This document shows, piece by piece, positions 63,135-64,000 of a stretch of 64,000 nucleotides of DNA. The DNA comes from Prorocentrum cordatum (Eukaryota), in contig CAUYUJ010000114.1 in NCBI GenBank assembly GCA_963575745.1, forward strand, positions 1,302,001 to 1,366,000, in the 5' to 3' direction. The notes under the pieces are model-generated. The model was not told the DNA's origin and ran no database searches. It saw nothing but the letters and a program-made list of their open reading frames with translations. The position numbers and the translations under genes are program-made. Every line of letters begins with the position of its first letter. The stretch's first letter is position 1.

Positions 63135-64000
63135 TGTTTTGTGTTCTGTGACAAGTCTTTGGCTCGGTCGTGGGGCGTAGAGACGCAATCAGCAGTGTCG
63201 AGACCGCCCTTGGCGACCGCAAAGGCCCCCAGGCCTTTCTCGTGGCCCCATTCGGCCGTGTTGGGGTGTTCGGGGCTCCTGCGCTTCAGCCGTCAGGGTG
63301 CCCTCTGGTGCCATCATGGGGCACGGTTGGGAGCCTCTGGATCTGTAGCGGGGCAATCTTGGGGACCTCTAGGACGAGCTTGCACCGTCGAGAAACAGAA
63401 CAGGCTGGGAGGCCAGAGACCTCGGAGAAACCAAAGGAACAAATATGATTTGAGCCTCCAGGGGCCCTTGTGGGGAGCCTCTGCGAAGCTTCTTTTGCTG
63501 GCGAGGTGGCCTGGAGAGCTGTCATGGGGCCATCGTCGGCGTCGCGCAGGCCTGGAAGCGACTCTGGCGGCTCGTGGAGCCTAACTACTTGGGGGCGCTG
63601 GTCCTCCCATGCGGAGCCGTCTTGGATCGCGCTCGGGAGCCCCAGGGGCCCGAATCACATCGGTCTGAGCGCCTTCTTGGGCTGCCGTGCAGCGTGGGGA
63701 TGCAGAACAAGCTGGATGATTAAAAGCGTAGAAAAATACATTGGAAACGAACAAGGAGTAAGGCCTCAAAGAGCCCTCCGGGGAGGCCTCTTGGAAGCGT
63801 GCCGTGTCGACGAAGTCGCTCGGGGGGCTGTCTGCGATCGTCGGCGTCGCAGGCCTGGGAGCGACTCTGGCGGCTCGTGGAGCCTACTTGGGGGCGCCGG
63901 CCCTCACGTGCGGAGCCGTCTTGAATCACCGTTGGGAGACCCAGGGCCCCGAAACACATCGGTCTGGACGTCCTCTTGGGCTGCCGTGCAGCGTGGGGAT

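Overview
GC-rich, repeat-saturated eukaryotic nuclear DNA. GC/GA splice donors, AG|G acceptors and the repeat landscape point to a dinoflagellate (Prorocentrum-like; inference). Most ORFs in the supplied track are artefacts of (GGA/CCT)n, (AGT)n and other simple repeats. Three host genes can be read, all on the minus strand. (1) A lysine-free ubiquitin-like domain fused through LRGG to ribosomal protein eL37 (3244-4372), with two interruptions that both look transposon-derived: a GC-AG intron with terminal inverted repeats, and a 156-bp TIR element with an 8-bp target duplication that can be spliced from inside its own TIRs. (2) An intronless OPA3-family gene (6257-6691). (3) A cyclophilin with at least 8 exons (557 coding nt) spread over about 38 kb (17849-55829), using GC, GA and GT donors. 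The rest is mobile and repetitive DNA: a near-intact APE-RT-RNase H LINE antisense in the last cyclophilin intron, a decayed LINE, several MITE families (TA, TTGA, 8-bp and one 27-bp flanking duplication), Helitron-like repeats, tandem repeats and a 2.8-kb (AGT)n tract. Exon models are manual and lack transcript support.
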